Shown: positions 11,292 through 20,815 of the stretch, in pieces
Numbering within the stretch: position 1 is the stretch's first letter
Layout: the number at the start of each line of letters is the position of its first letter
NCBI GenBank assembly: GCA_034520945.1
Contig: JAXHNB010000006.1
Span: 672,001 to 736,000 of the forward strand
Direction of reading: 5' to 3'
DNA from: Trueperaceae bacterium
GTDB taxonomy: Bacteria; Deinococcota; Deinococci; Deinococcales; Trueperaceae
Length of the DNA stretch: 64,000 bases
Notes under the pieces: model-generated
The model's database searches: none
Told to the model about the DNA's origin: nothing
Seen by the model: only the letters and a program-made list of their open reading frames with translations
Program-made: the position numbers and the translations under genes

Positions 11292-11556
11292 GTTGGCATT
11301 CTTGCATGGGCGTTCGATGTCGGACCGGCGGACCCTGCCCCCCGGGCGGAGGTGAGTCGTGTCATTTCTCATGAGCTCGACTCAGCCGTTCTCGCGAGCA
11401 TGACACACGCCTGTGATGGCGGGGTTTTCTCGTTTGGTCGACCCAGGAGCGATGTCGCCTCATTGCGAGCGACGTCCGTGTCACGCACCGATGGCGTCGG
11501 TCGCCAGGAACTCGACGAGCGACGGATTTCTGTTCTGCTTGCGCCTCTCGGGCCGG

Positions 11557-11890
11557 TCAGTTCCGTCTGCCTTGCAATGTCTTCGCGATCCGCTCCATTC
11601 TCAGCAGGAGGCGGGTGGACGGCGCGACCTTGCCCGTGAGGTAGGTCGACGACCACGGTGCAAAGGTGGCGATCACGCCCTCGGTAGGCCAGCTGCCCAC
11701 GGAATCCACGGGTTTCGCGTCGATGTTGCGGAATCGAAGGCTCACGGCTTCTCGCGCTCCTGCTCGAGCACGTGCTGGGCGATGGCCAGGCATTGGTCGG
11801 CCACCATGCGCCAAGCGTGCCAGCGGGGGTGGAGGCGCTTGTAGCGCGGCAGCTCCCGGGCGGTATCGGTATCGTCCGGCTTTGGCTCCG
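11557..11890 (-). pseudogene. Degenerate, internally deleted copy of the AbiEii-like/XRE gene pair at 32541-33709
   Basis: EPKPDDTDTARELPRYKRLHPRWHAW...QC, then LRFRNIDAKPVDSVGSWPTEGVIA joined to STYLTGKVAPSTRLLLRMERIA. Both match the intact pair. Confidence 0.8.
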
Positions 11891-12024
11891 CCGCCGGAGG
11901 CGAGGCTCGAGCTGGAAGTGGCGCGGAAGAAGGGGTCGGTGTTCGAGCCTGCGCACCCGCTGTGCGCGCCGACCGGTACGTCCGGTTTCACGAGGGGCTC
12001 GAAGTGCTACTGGATGCGCCCGTA

Positions 12025-12108
12025 GAGTTCGTGTGGGGCGTCGTCGAATCTCACCTCAGCAACCTGCGACGAGAGGTGCGGACCCTTCTCGCGGAGGACC
12101 CTGAATAG
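12025..12108 (+). pseudogene. C-terminal relic of a DUF86/HepT-like toxin
   Basis: EFVWGVVESHLSNLRREVRTLLAEDPE* resembles DUF86 C-termini. No start or N-terminus is present. Confidence 0.5.
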
Positions 12109-12166
12109 CCCCAGTACGCACGGAACCCTTGCAGCGACTCGCTTCGAGGCGGCCGCTCGCGGGTCG

Positions 12167-12707
12167 TCAGCCCTGAAGCTCGACCGCCAATGCCAGCAGG
12201 CCACGCACGGTGCGCCAGTTGCGGGCCGTGACCTCGACGCCCAGCACACTCGGCACCCGCTGGGGGAGCTTGGATCGCCCCAGGCCGTTGGGCGCATGCA
12301 CGTACGGGACGTTGCCGCGCAGCGCACACGGTTCGCCGTTGCTGCAGACCTCTTCCAGTGCGGCGAGGTTCGGTGCCTGCGGCAGGCTGGCGGGGAAGAA
12401 CGCGTGCAGCGTCGTGGGCTTTCCCTCCGCCTCCGGGAAGGGGTTCGCGTCCGCGACGCGGTGCAGTTCGTCCGCCGAGAGAAGCGCCACGGCGGGTCGA
12501 AACGCCATGGTCGGCGGCGACCTTGTCCGCGAGGGTCTCCGCGAGACGGCTCGTAGCGTGCGGGGGCGCAGCGAATACGGCGTTGCCGCTCTGAAGGTAG
12601 GTTCGCACGCGCGTCGCGCCGAGGTCGCGAAGGGCGTGCGCGAATGCCGTCATAGGCAGGCGGTTGCGGCCGCCGACGTTGACTCCGCGAAGGAGCGCCA
12701 CATGCAT
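12167..12707 (-). pseudogene. DUF1697 domain protein, frameshifted near 12505
   Basis: MHVALLRGVNVGGRNRLPM, VRTYLQSGNAVF, and C-terminal TARNWRTV. Confidence 0.88.
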
Positions 12708-12808
12708 TCGGGGAGGTTAGCACCCGGGGAACCGAGCAGGGATCGCGGTTGCGCGCAAAGCCCACACGCGTCGTTGGCAATCCTTGCCAACAGCGCTATG
12801 ATGCGGGT

Positions 12809-13042
12809 ATGGGAACCATGAACGTGTCCCTCCCCGAAACCCTGCGCGCGTACGTGGAAAAGCGGGTGCAGGACGAGGGCTACGCAAGCAGTAGCGAGTA
12901 CGTGCGCGAGTTGATTCGCAGGGACCGCAGTCGCGAGCGGCTGCGCGCCATGATCATCGACGGCATCGAATCGGGCCCCGCACGGTCGCTGGACGACGCC
13001 TACTTCGACGATCTCGTGGCGTCGTTGGATGAATCGACCTGA
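12809..13042 (+). CDS. ParD-family (RHH) antitoxin
   Basis: MGTMNVSLPETLRAYVEKRVQDEGYASSSEYVRELIRRD. Leaderless TATGAT-N6-ATG start. Confidence 0.9.
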   Translation: MGTMNVSLPETLRAYVEKRVQDEGYASSSEYVRELIRRDRSRERLRAMIIDGIESGPARSLDDAYFDDLVASLDEST

Positions 13043-13360
13043 GGCGGAGATCCTGTGGCGTCCGCGAGCCATCGCGGACGTGGAGCAGGCTGCGTGGAGC
13101 TATCGCGATATCAGGCGGAAGCGGTGTGGCGACGCGCTTCGTAGCCGAAGCTTCAGCGCGCCACCACAGCCATCCGGCAGGAGCCTTTTGCCGGGTCCCC
13201 GCGTCATGGGATCGAACTCGGGATGCCTGGCCTCAGGAGCTGGGTCCTAGACGAGTTCCCGCATCTCGTCTTCTACTTCTACCTGTCGGACCAGTCGACC
13301 GTGGAAATCGTCCGCGTGCTTCATGCTCGGCGTGACGTCCAGTCGCTCCTGGCGGAGTAA
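13029..13360 (+). pseudogene. RelE/ParE family toxin, frameshifted near 13115-13170
   Basis: WRPRAIADVEQ N-terminus and GLRSWVLDEFPHLVFY...VEIVRVLHARRDV C-terminus lie in different frames. Confidence 0.85.
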
Positions 13361-13515
13361 CGTTCGGTGCGTCATGACGAGGCCAGCCTGACCTCGGGGA
13401 TCTTCATGGGCACATGCGCTTGGAGGGTCCCAGACTTGCGCGTGACGTTGGCGATGGCGCCGTAGTATGTCCCCGCCACGCGATGGACTACGAGCCGCAC
13501 CATGAAGGGACGACC

Positions 13516-13926
13516 ATGGCTACGAGGACCCGACCCACGACGCCACCGACGAGATCGAGGCGCGAATCCAGGAACTCTCGGACTGGCGCGGAGCGCGACT
13601 CGCGAATCCGCCGCCTCGTGAAGCAGGCTGCCCAAGGCGTGGTGGAGGAGGTGAAGTGGCGCAAGCCGTCGGACGGCATGCGCGGCGTTCCGGTGTGGTC
13701 CAAGGACGGGATGATCTGCAGTTTCGAGACCTACGAGGACAAGGTCAAGCTCATCTTCGCCAAGGGCGCCGCCCTCGACGATCCTGCGGGGCTCTTCAAC
13801 GCCGGCTTCGGCGGCCACACGCGGCGCGCCATCGACCTGCGTGAGGGCGACGACATCGACGAGGCGGTCTTCATGTCCCTCATGCGCCGGGCGGTGGCCC
13901 AGAACGAGCCGGCCAAAAAGGGCTGA
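13516..13926 (+). CDS. DUF1801 domain protein (N-terminus probably has compensating indels)
   Basis: VVEEVKWRKPS...GVPVWSKDG, FAKGAALDDPAGLFN and TRRAID. EIEARIQELSDWRG is in an adjacent frame. Confidence 0.85.
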   Translation: MATRTRPTTPPTRSRRESRNSRTGAERDSRIRRLVKQAAQGVVEEVKWRKPSDGMRGVPVWSKDGMICSFETYEDKVKLIFAKGAALDDPAGLFNAGFGGHTRRAIDLREGDDIDEAVFMSLMRRAVAQNEPAKKG

Positions 13927-14032
13927 GCCTAATCTTCCACGCGATGCAGTAGCGAGTTCCGAGCGATTCGTCGGCGCATGCCTCGTCCTGAGGCCTGGCC
14001 CTACGGCCGACGTGTGGCGCGAGGGTTCGCTC

Positions 14033-14836
14033 TCAGGCCCCGCGCGTTCGCTGCAGCAGCTCGTGGAAGGCCGCGAACGAGCTCTGCCGCGTGCCGAAGT
14101 CGGGCGTCTCGGGCCAGGGGCCGGTCCCGCCGAGCACAAGCTCGGCGCCCTGCTCGCGGCAGGCGTCGCCGATGCGCTGGGTGGCCTCGGCCAGGCCGGC
14201 GACGTCGTTCGACGCCGACGATGCGGAGAGCGCCACCATCACGGGCGCCTCGGTGCGAATGAAGCGTTCGACGTCGGCGACGGGGGTGCGTCCCCCCAGC
14301 CACACCACCGGCAGGCCCACTTCGCGGACGCACAACTCGGCCAGGGAAAGGCCCAGCGTGTGGTCGTCATCGCCGAGGCATGCCAGCAGCACCGGCCGCC
14401 CCTCGGGTGCCGCGGGCAGCGCGTCCCCGATGCGCGCCAGCCCCCGCGCCAGCACCTCGGAGGCGCGATGCTCCTCGCCGATACCGAGGCGGCCGTCCTG
14501 CCACGCGTCGCCCATGGCGCCCAGAACGCTCCCAAGCTCGTCGGCCAACGCGTGCCATGAGCCCAGGCGAGCGCGGGCCTCCAGCAGCCGCGCGTCGACC
14601 TCGTGCCTGCGGCCCGTGACCAACACCTCGATCCAGGCCTCGACCGGGTGCAGCCCTGCGGTGGCGTGACGGTCCTGGAGCCACTGCTCCAGCGCGCTGC
14701 GGGTGAACCGGCGGTGCCCACCGGGGGTGCGGACCGAAGGCAGCCCTTCCTGTTCCGCCCAGCGCTTGACGGTCGACGCGGAGACGCCTGCGATCGCCGC
14801 CGCCTGTTTCGGGGTGAGCATGCCTTCGGCCGCCAT
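14033..14836 (-). CDS. MerR/excisionase-type HTH + cobalamin-binding regulator (CarH/LitR-like)
   Basis: LTPKQAAAIAGVSASTVKRWA...RTPGGHRRF HTH, W-x9-EH motif (WQDGRLGIGEEH), DDHTLGL B12 motif, WLGGRTP and LVLGG. Confidence 0.85.
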   Translation of the reverse strand: MAAEGMLTPKQAAAIAGVSASTVKRWAEQEGLPSVRTPGGHRRFTRSALEQWLQDRHATAGLHPVEAWIEVLVTGRRHEVDARLLEARARLGSWHALADELGSVLGAMGDAWQDGRLGIGEEHRASEVLARGLARIGDALPAAPEGRPVLLACLGDDDHTLGLSLAELCVREVGLPVVWLGGRTPVADVERFIRTEAPVMVALSASSASNDVAGLAEATQRIGDACREQGAELVLGGTGPWPETPDFGTRQSSFAAFHELLQRTRGA

Positions 14837-14922
14837 CGGGCTACGATACCTCGAATCGGGCGGTTCTGGTGAGGTGAATCCGACGATTTCGCCCACCGCC
14901 GTCGGGTACGGGAAGGGGAGAC

Positions 14923-15408
14923 ATGCAGGGTCGACATCGCCTCGTACGCCACCAGTGGGTGCCGCACCCACCCGATACGGTGTTCGCGTTCTTTTCAGAC
15001 GCGCACAACCTGGAGCGGCTCACGCCGACGTTCCTTCGCCTGGACATCCGTACGCCACAGCCGATCGAGATGCGCTCCGGCACGCGTATCGAGTACGTGA
15101 TGCGCCTGTTCGGCCTGCCCGTGCGGTGGCGCACCCGCATCGACGAATGGCGGCCGGGTGAGGGCTTCGTGGACGTGCAGGAGTCGGGGCCGTACGCGTA
15201 CTGGCGCCATGCCCATCGCTTCGAACCGGTGGACGGGGGCACCCGGCTCGTCGACGAGGTCGAGTACACGCTGCCGTTCGGATGGCTGGGACGACTGGCC
15301 CATGCCCTGGTGGTGCGGCATGTCCTGCGGCGCATCTTCGATTTCCGCGCTGCGGCGATCCAACGGCAGTACGGGGACGAGGAGGCACTTCGGCCCGCGC
15401 GGTCCTGA
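14923..15408 (+). CDS. SRPBCC family ligand-binding protein
   Basis: VFAFFSDAHNLERLTP, FVDVQESGPYAYWRHAHRF and IFDFR. Confidence 0.9.
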   Translation: MQGRHRLVRHQWVPHPPDTVFAFFSDAHNLERLTPTFLRLDIRTPQPIEMRSGTRIEYVMRLFGLPVRWRTRIDEWRPGEGFVDVQESGPYAYWRHAHRFEPVDGGTRLVDEVEYTLPFGWLGRLAHALVVRHVLRRIFDFRAAAIQRQYGDEEALRPARS

Positions 15409-15445
15409 GTCGGCGCCCCGCGGCAGGCACTCACGACCAAGCAAA

Positions 15446-15479
15446 CGTCCGGCGGCCCCCAAACGGGGGCCGCCGGACG
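15446..15479. terminator. Bidirectional hairpin between convergent genes
   Basis: CGTCCGGCGGCCCCC-AAAC-GGGGGCCGCCGGACG perfect 15-bp stem. Confidence 0.75.
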
Positions 15480-15508
15480 AGTGATTGGAGGAGCGTCGAG
15501 GGGTTAGC

Positions 15509-16042
15509 TCATTCGCCCTCGGGGGGCAGGAGAACGCCGTCGATGACGTGGACGACGCCGTTGCCGGCCTCGAGGTCGGTGGCGGTCACGGTGGCGGAGC
15601 CGTTCACCATCACCTGATCACCGCTCAGCGTGACGGTCAGGGACGCGCCCTGCACCGTGGTCACGACGGCTTCGCCGTCGCCCGCCTCGATCGCGGCCAG
15701 CACGTCGGCGGCCAGCAGGCGCTGCGGCACCACGTGGTAGCCGAGGATGTCGGCCAGCGCCGGGTCGGCCAGCAGTTCTTCGGCGCTGATGCCGAGCGCT
15801 TCCAGGGCCGCTTCGAAGGCGGCGTCGGTGGGCGCGAACACGGTGAAGGGGCCTTCTTCGCTGAGGGTGGTGCCGAGGCCCGCTTCGACCACGGCGGCTG
15901 CGAGGGTGGTGTGGTCTTCGCTGCTTACGACGATGTCGACGACCGTGTGCGGCATGTCGCCGTGGTTGGAGGCCAAGGAGGCGCCGAGCCCGAAGGCCAT
16001 CACGGCGAGGAGCAGGAGCGTGCGGTTCAGGGTGTGCGTCAT
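15509..16042 (-). CDS. Secreted fasciclin (FAS1) domain protein
   Basis: Signal peptide, GPFTVFAPTDAAF, ILGYHVV and NGVVHVIDGVLLP. AAGGAG RBS. Confidence 0.95.
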   Translation of the reverse strand: MTHTLNRTLLLLAVMAFGLGASLASNHGDMPHTVVDIVVSSEDHTTLAAAVVEAGLGTTLSEEGPFTVFAPTDAAFEAALEALGISAEELLADPALADILGYHVVPQRLLAADVLAAIEAGDGEAVVTTVQGASLTVTLSGDQVMVNGSATVTATDLEAGNGVVHVIDGVLLPPEGE

Positions 16043-16502
16043 GTTCGTCTCCTTTTGAAGGGTCCGAGGCTGGTCCCTCATGGCCCCATCGGTTGGGGGC
16101 TTCGTCCGCTGCCGCCGGTCCCGCGAACGCCCTATTGGGTCGGCCGAGTGAAAGGCGGGCAGTCGGGCGATCGCCCTTGAACCGAACGAATCGTAGCACG
16201 AGATAGCCAACTAATGCAAGCTCGAATCGGCTAAACCGTCTACCCGCTCGAAATGTCGCGGCCAGGACGCGGCTCGCCCCTGAAGCGAGCCGCGCCTATC
16301 CTTCGAACGGCCAGGCCACGACGCGGCCTAGCAGGGTGGCGATCTTCTGTTCGGGGACGTGGCCAGTGTGGATCTCATCCATGTCGGCGTCCTTTCTTCG
16401 CAGGTGTCGCCGGAGGTCGCGTGCCAGGCGGCGTTTGGCTCGTGCGTTTGCCTGCTCCTCGCGGGCGTAACGGCCGATTTCGCACGCTGCGGCGTCGTCA
16501 CT

Positions 16503-16535
16503 GCATCACGTTGGATGATGCTATGATGATGCTAT
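16503..16535 (+). promoter_or_regulatory. Probable antitoxin operator overlapping a leaderless promoter
   Basis: Inverted GCATCA-N7-TGATGC plus tandem GATGATGCTAT x2, containing TATGAT-N6-ATG. Confidence 0.6.
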
Positions 16536-16788
16536 GCGTACCACCATTACGCTCGATCCCGACGTCGAGGCGCTCGTACGTCGGCGCATGCGCGAGCGGG
16601 GTATCGGCTTCAAGCAGGCCGTCAACGAAGCGTTGCGGGAAGGGCTCGTGCCCGAAGATGCGCACACACCGTTCGAAACGCCCTCCTTCGACCTCGGTGG
16701 CGCTCGCGTGGACGTGACGCGAGCCCTTGAGCTTGCTGGGTACCTGGAGAACGAGGAGTTTCTCCATAAGCGTGCGCTTCGGAAGTGA
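16534..16788 (+). CDS. vapB: VapB/CopG-type antitoxin
   Basis: MRTTITLDPDV...FKQAVNEALREGL. Overlaps the PIN gene. Confidence 0.9.
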   Translation: MRTTITLDPDVEALVRRRMRERGIGFKQAVNEALREGLVPEDAHTPFETPSFDLGGARVDVTRALELAGYLENEEFLHKRALRK

Positions 16789-17228
16789 GCAAGGGCGTGT
16801 CGGTCGTCGACGCCAACGTTCTGCTGTACGCGGTGGACCGCTCAGCGCCGTGGCATGCCGAGGCGAGGGTGTGGCTGGATCGCGCCTTGTCGGGTTCGGG
16901 CACGGTCGTGTTTCCGTGGTTGTGCCTGTTGGCTTTTCTGCGCATCAGCACGCACTCGGGCATCTTTCAGAACCCATTGCGGACCGAGCAAGCGCTCGAC
17001 GTGATCGAGGCGTGGCTATCTCGTCCGAATGCCGTCGTTCCGGGGCCGGGCCGGGCGCATCTAGATTCGCTGCGGTCGTTGCTTGCCGAAACGGGAAGCG
17101 GCGGCAATCTCGTGAACGACGCGCATATCGCGGCGATCGCGCGCGACGCGGATGCGGTGGTCGTCACGTTCGACGCGGACTTCGGGCGCTTTCCAGGCGT
17201 CCGGTGGCAGCGGCCCGAGCGTCCGTAG
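16785..17228 (+). CDS. vapC: VapC PIN-domain toxin
   Basis: VDANVLLYA, GNLVNDAHIAAIA and TFDADFGRF. Confidence 0.93.
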   Translation: MSKGVSVVDANVLLYAVDRSAPWHAEARVWLDRALSGSGTVVFPWLCLLAFLRISTHSGIFQNPLRTEQALDVIEAWLSRPNAVVPGPGRAHLDSLRSLLAETGSGGNLVNDAHIAAIARDADAVVVTFDADFGRFPGVRWQRPERP

Positions 17229-17243
17229 AATCGGCCTGAAGCG

Positions 17244-17966
17244 TCACCGTGCACGCACGTCCCACCGCGTCGCGATCCCGAGCGGTTTCTGATCGCTCCG
17301 CCCGTGCTCGGTGATCAGCACCGCCTCGAGTTGCGGGTTCTCGGCGAAGCGGTGCAGCACCTCCTCGGCGGGCGTGTCGCGCGCGGCGAAGGCGTGGTTC
17401 TCACGTGGTTCCTCGTAGTCGAGGAGCTCGGCGACGGTGCGTGCCTCGAAGTCCACCAAGCTCACGTCCTCGTGTTCCATGACGTGCGCCAGCCAGTGCG
17501 CGACGCCGTTGCCGGTGACGAGGCCGCGGAAGGTGCCGTCGTGGTAGGCGGGGAACTGGGTGTAGGCGCGGCCCTCCACCTCACGCAGCGCCTCCAGGAC
17601 GGACTGCGTCACCTCCAGCGAAGCGACCTCGCGCGCGAACGCCTCGTCGGCGCGGGTCGGCCTTAGAAGCCGGTCGCGAACGGCTTCGATCTCCTCCAGG
17701 ACGTGCGAACTGGGGATGGAGAGGTACTCGTAGGGCTGATAGCGCTCGTGCACGATCACGTTGCGCAGGTCCGCGAACGCCAGCATCGCTTCGAAGTCGC
17801 GCTCCCACCAACGATGCGCCTTCACGAACCGGTGGGCGGCGGTGCGGAAGCTCTCGTGCCGGTCCACGCCGGTGCGCTCCTTGAGCGCCTGCTCGACGGT
17901 GTTGAAGGCCGTCAGGAACGCTTCGGCGCGGGCGTTCGCCTCGTCACGGTCGGGTGTCTGCTCCAT
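17244..17966 (-). CDS. CBS-pair protein with N-terminal HEPN-like RxxxxH motif
   Basis: FLTAFNTVE...LRNVIVH, then YTQFPAY..FRGLVT and AVLITEHG...PLGIATRWD CBS repeats. Confidence 0.8.
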   Translation of the reverse strand: MEQTPDRDEANARAEAFLTAFNTVEQALKERTGVDRHESFRTAAHRFVKAHRWWERDFEAMLAFADLRNVIVHERYQPYEYLSIPSSHVLEEIEAVRDRLLRPTRADEAFAREVASLEVTQSVLEALREVEGRAYTQFPAYHDGTFRGLVTGNGVAHWLAHVMEHEDVSLVDFEARTVAELLDYEEPRENHAFAARDTPAEEVLHRFAENPQLEAVLITEHGRSDQKPLGIATRWDVRAR

Positions 17967-18249
17967 GCTGCCGTCCACCGTACGACGGAAGCGTAGTGGG
18001 CGGTTCGACACGGACGTTGCTGACACATCATTGCGCTGCGTCAGATACCACCATCGATCCATCCGTGGTCGAGCTGGCAGCGTGTGACCATCGCACGGTC
18101 GAACGCACCATGTGGATCGAAGCGCTGGGAGTGCTCGCGGAGCCGCAGTGGCTCAACGGTCCGGCAGCCACGAGTGCGGCATGTCATGCGGACCTTCCTT
18201 CCCGAACGCATGGCGCACTCGAGCCCTCACCCTACGCTGCCGCAACGAG

Positions 18250-18843
18250 AACGCCGCGGGGATGAGCGCTTCAGCCGGTACGAAAGAAGTCGCGCTGGCG
18301 CAGGCGGCCAGCCTGGCCGTGGAAGACGGCCGCGCGATCCTGAGGCCGATTGAGTTCAAAGGCGACCGGAGGCGGGTGCGGTTCGAATGCGCGTGGTCGT
18401 CAGGCCCGCACGTCGAAGATGCCCTACGAACGTGTCGCTGTCGAGGGCTTCGTCGACGAATACGTGCATCCATGTTTGGGGCCCCGCTTCGAACATGATC
18501 GCGTCGCGAACGTGCTGGATTGCCAAGTCATGGTCGTGCGCTACGTACGAACTCGAGGTCCTCGCCATCGTCGACGCGGGCGGCGATCATGGCCGTCGGT
18601 ACGCCACTGCAGAACGCGGAGAAGCTGCAGCTCGATCAGGGTCGTGAACGACACGCCCCCTGCGAGTTCGGCGTGGAGCACGCGCTCGAAGCGACCCCTG
18701 GGTCCGTATGAGCCTACCGACCCGCCCTTGATCCAGCAGCGGACCGTTGTGGGGGGAACCCGTACGATCCTTGCTGCTTCGGCGAACGCGTAGAACGGCA
18801 GCTGAAGAGGAGCCTCGTTCGCGTAGAACACGCGGGCTTCCAT
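18250..18843 (-). pseudogene. Degraded HTH/DUF433-type antitoxin
   Basis: PFYAFAEAARIVRVPPTTVRCW...VSFTTLIEL N-terminus. The downstream part is broken by stops and frameshifts, and the 3' limit is approximate. Confidence 0.55.
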
Positions 18844-19098
18844 ATGCGGCGAGCGCAGCAGGCGCCTCTGCGGGCATCCAGGTGCATCACTTCTCAGTGA
18901 AGCGCAGCTGCGCGGTTCCTGAACCGCGCCAAGCGATCGGGCTTCGGGGTGGACGCCGTCAATTCGCTCTCGGGCGAACGGGGTCGGACGTGATGCCCCC
19001 GAGTTTTCTTCGGCCGAGTGAGCCAGGCCGGATCATGAGTGAGCCAACGAGCGTTGACAGGTGGCATGTGCCCTTTCATGCCAGCGACGGCCGTCGGC

Positions 19099-19572
19099 TC
19101 ACAACCGCTCGTCGAACCAGAACGGCGCGCCGGCACCGATGACGACCTCTTCGAAGTCCGGGTGCACCGGGTTCAACAGCAGGTTGTGCTCTTGGGGGAC
19201 CAGCACGCTGGGGACGAGCAGCGCCACGCTGGCCGCCTGCTCCAGCCAGGCGTCGCCGATGGCGCGGGCGCCAGGGCTGTTGGGCCGGACACGCCAGTCG
19301 CTCGGCAGGTCGTCGCGTCTCAGCATCAGCACCAGCTCGGCGGGGATCTCGACCGCGAAGGCGACGTATTCGCGTTGGAAGCGGCTTCGTTCCGCGTGGG
19401 CCAGCGTTTCGAGGGCGGCCAGGGAGAGGTGCTCGCTGGCGTAGACGAGGGGCCTGCCGGCGCTGTTCCAGCGCCCGCCGTAGCGGCGGGCCCCTTCGCC
19501 CGAGAATGCCGCGCCTGTGGTGCCGTAGGCGGGCCGCACCAGCCGCCACGCCTGCTGGGGCTCGTCGGTCAT
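19099..19572 (-). CDS. RES domain toxin (NAD+ phosphorylase family)
   Basis: AFSGEGARRYGGRWNS, VYASEHLSLAALE and VPSVLVPQEHNLLLNP. Confidence 0.93.
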   Translation of the reverse strand: MTDEPQQAWRLVRPAYGTTGAAFSGEGARRYGGRWNSAGRPLVYASEHLSLAALETLAHAERSRFQREYVAFAVEIPAELVLMLRRDDLPSDWRVRPNSPGARAIGDAWLEQAASVALLVPSVLVPQEHNLLLNPVHPDFEEVVIGAGAPFWFDERL

Positions 19573-19576
19573 CGCC

Positions 19577-20011
19577 TCAGGTGTACACGCCGTGTTCGAG
19601 GCGGCCGAGGAGGTCTTCGACTTCGCGCGCGCCGAACTCGGTCTCCGCCAGGGTCAGCGGCGTGACGCCGCCGAGGGCGAGGTTGTCGCTACGGAGCCAG
19701 TCGGCCGCGTCCGCCTCCTCTTCGAACACCTGCGTGGCGCGGGCCAGGAGGGCGGCGACGCGGAGGACGTGCTCGCCCTCCGCCGTGGTGAGCGTGCCAC
19801 TACGTTTGCGGCGGGCGAGCGTGGTGGAGGAGAGGCCGACGGTGCGGGCCAGTTCGGCTTCGCTGACGCCGAGGCGTCGGGCCAGCGTGGTGAACACGCC
19901 GGTGGGCAGGCCTTCTTGGAGGGCTTCGATCCACGCCGCGCGGTCGCCGCCGAGCCCGAGGTCGCTCAGGAGGCCGTGTGGTTCGGGGCGAGGCGGCTGG
20001 AACGTTTCCAT
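19577..20011 (-). CDS. Xre/MbcA/ParS-type antitoxin
   Basis: HTH plus VFEEEADAADWLRSDNLALGGVTPL...LGRLEHGVY. Confidence 0.93.
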   Translation of the reverse strand: METFQPPRPEPHGLLSDLGLGGDRAAWIEALQEGLPTGVFTTLARRLGVSEAELARTVGLSSTTLARRKRSGTLTTAEGEHVLRVAALLARATQVFEEEADAADWLRSDNLALGGVTPLTLAETEFGAREVEDLLGRLEHGVYT

Positions 20012-20186
20012 GTGGGAAATCTACCATGCCCATATGGGGGCGCGGCGGCTGGGGGTGCGGAACCCGACCTGCGTTCCGCGCCATCGCCGCACGCGGTCTC
20101 GTGCAGCCCCTTCGGTGCAAAGGGGTGCAACCTCCTACGGCCGCAGTCGGAACGCTGCGCGTGCGCCCGCCGCTACGCTCGCCGCC

Positions 20187-20597
20187 TCACGCCGAACGCG
20201 GCGTCGGCACCGCCTGCCTGAGCGCCGCGTCCAGCCGCTCGCGCACCTCCCGCGCCAGCGGGTTCAGCGTCTGCTGTTGTTCGGCGGTGGCCAGGCCGAA
20301 CACGCGTTCGGGGTCGAGGACCTTCACTTCCGTGCCGCTCTCGACCTCGTGGAGCGTCACCGGGCACGGCAGCAGCAGCGCCAGGTCGCGGTCGACGTCG
20401 AGGACTTCCTTGCCGAAATTGGGGTTGCAAACGCCGAGGATGCGGTGACCTTCGTGGTCCACGTCGAGCTTCTGCTTGAAGATGGCCTGCACGTCGATCT
20501 CGCTGAGTATGCCGAACCCTTGATCCTTCAGGGCGGCTTCGAGGTCTTGGCGGACGGTGTCGAGATCGTTGGGCGAGGTCCTGGCGAGGTCGGGCAT
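20187..20597 (-). CDS. DUF302 domain protein
   Basis: QGFGILSEIDVQ, ILGVCNP and LLLPCPV. Confidence 0.9.
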   Translation of the reverse strand: MPDLARTSPNDLDTVRQDLEAALKDQGFGILSEIDVQAIFKQKLDVDHEGHRILGVCNPNFGKEVLDVDRDLALLLPCPVTLHEVESGTEVKVLDPERVFGLATAEQQQTLNPLAREVRERLDAALRQAVPTPRSA

Positions 20598-20815
20598 GGG
20601 GGACTCCTTCTCACGAACGCGGTCGCGTAGGGCCGTCGGTCACGCGTCCTGTCGTGGGCGCTGTGACCCCGGTCGCTTCGCGGCCATCGTACGACCGAGC
20701 CATCCCCACGATCGCCCGCGTACCCGACATGCCCTCGACGGTGGGCAAGCGGGCACGCGCCACTCACGGATGGCACGCCACCACGCACGGGCGACGCCGG
20801 GGAGACCATGGGTCT

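Noticed and set aside
16255..16335. Hairpin and short GGCCAGG/ACGCGGC repeats as a MITE or ncRNA
   Set aside because: One short hairpin, with no second copy or target-site duplication seen.
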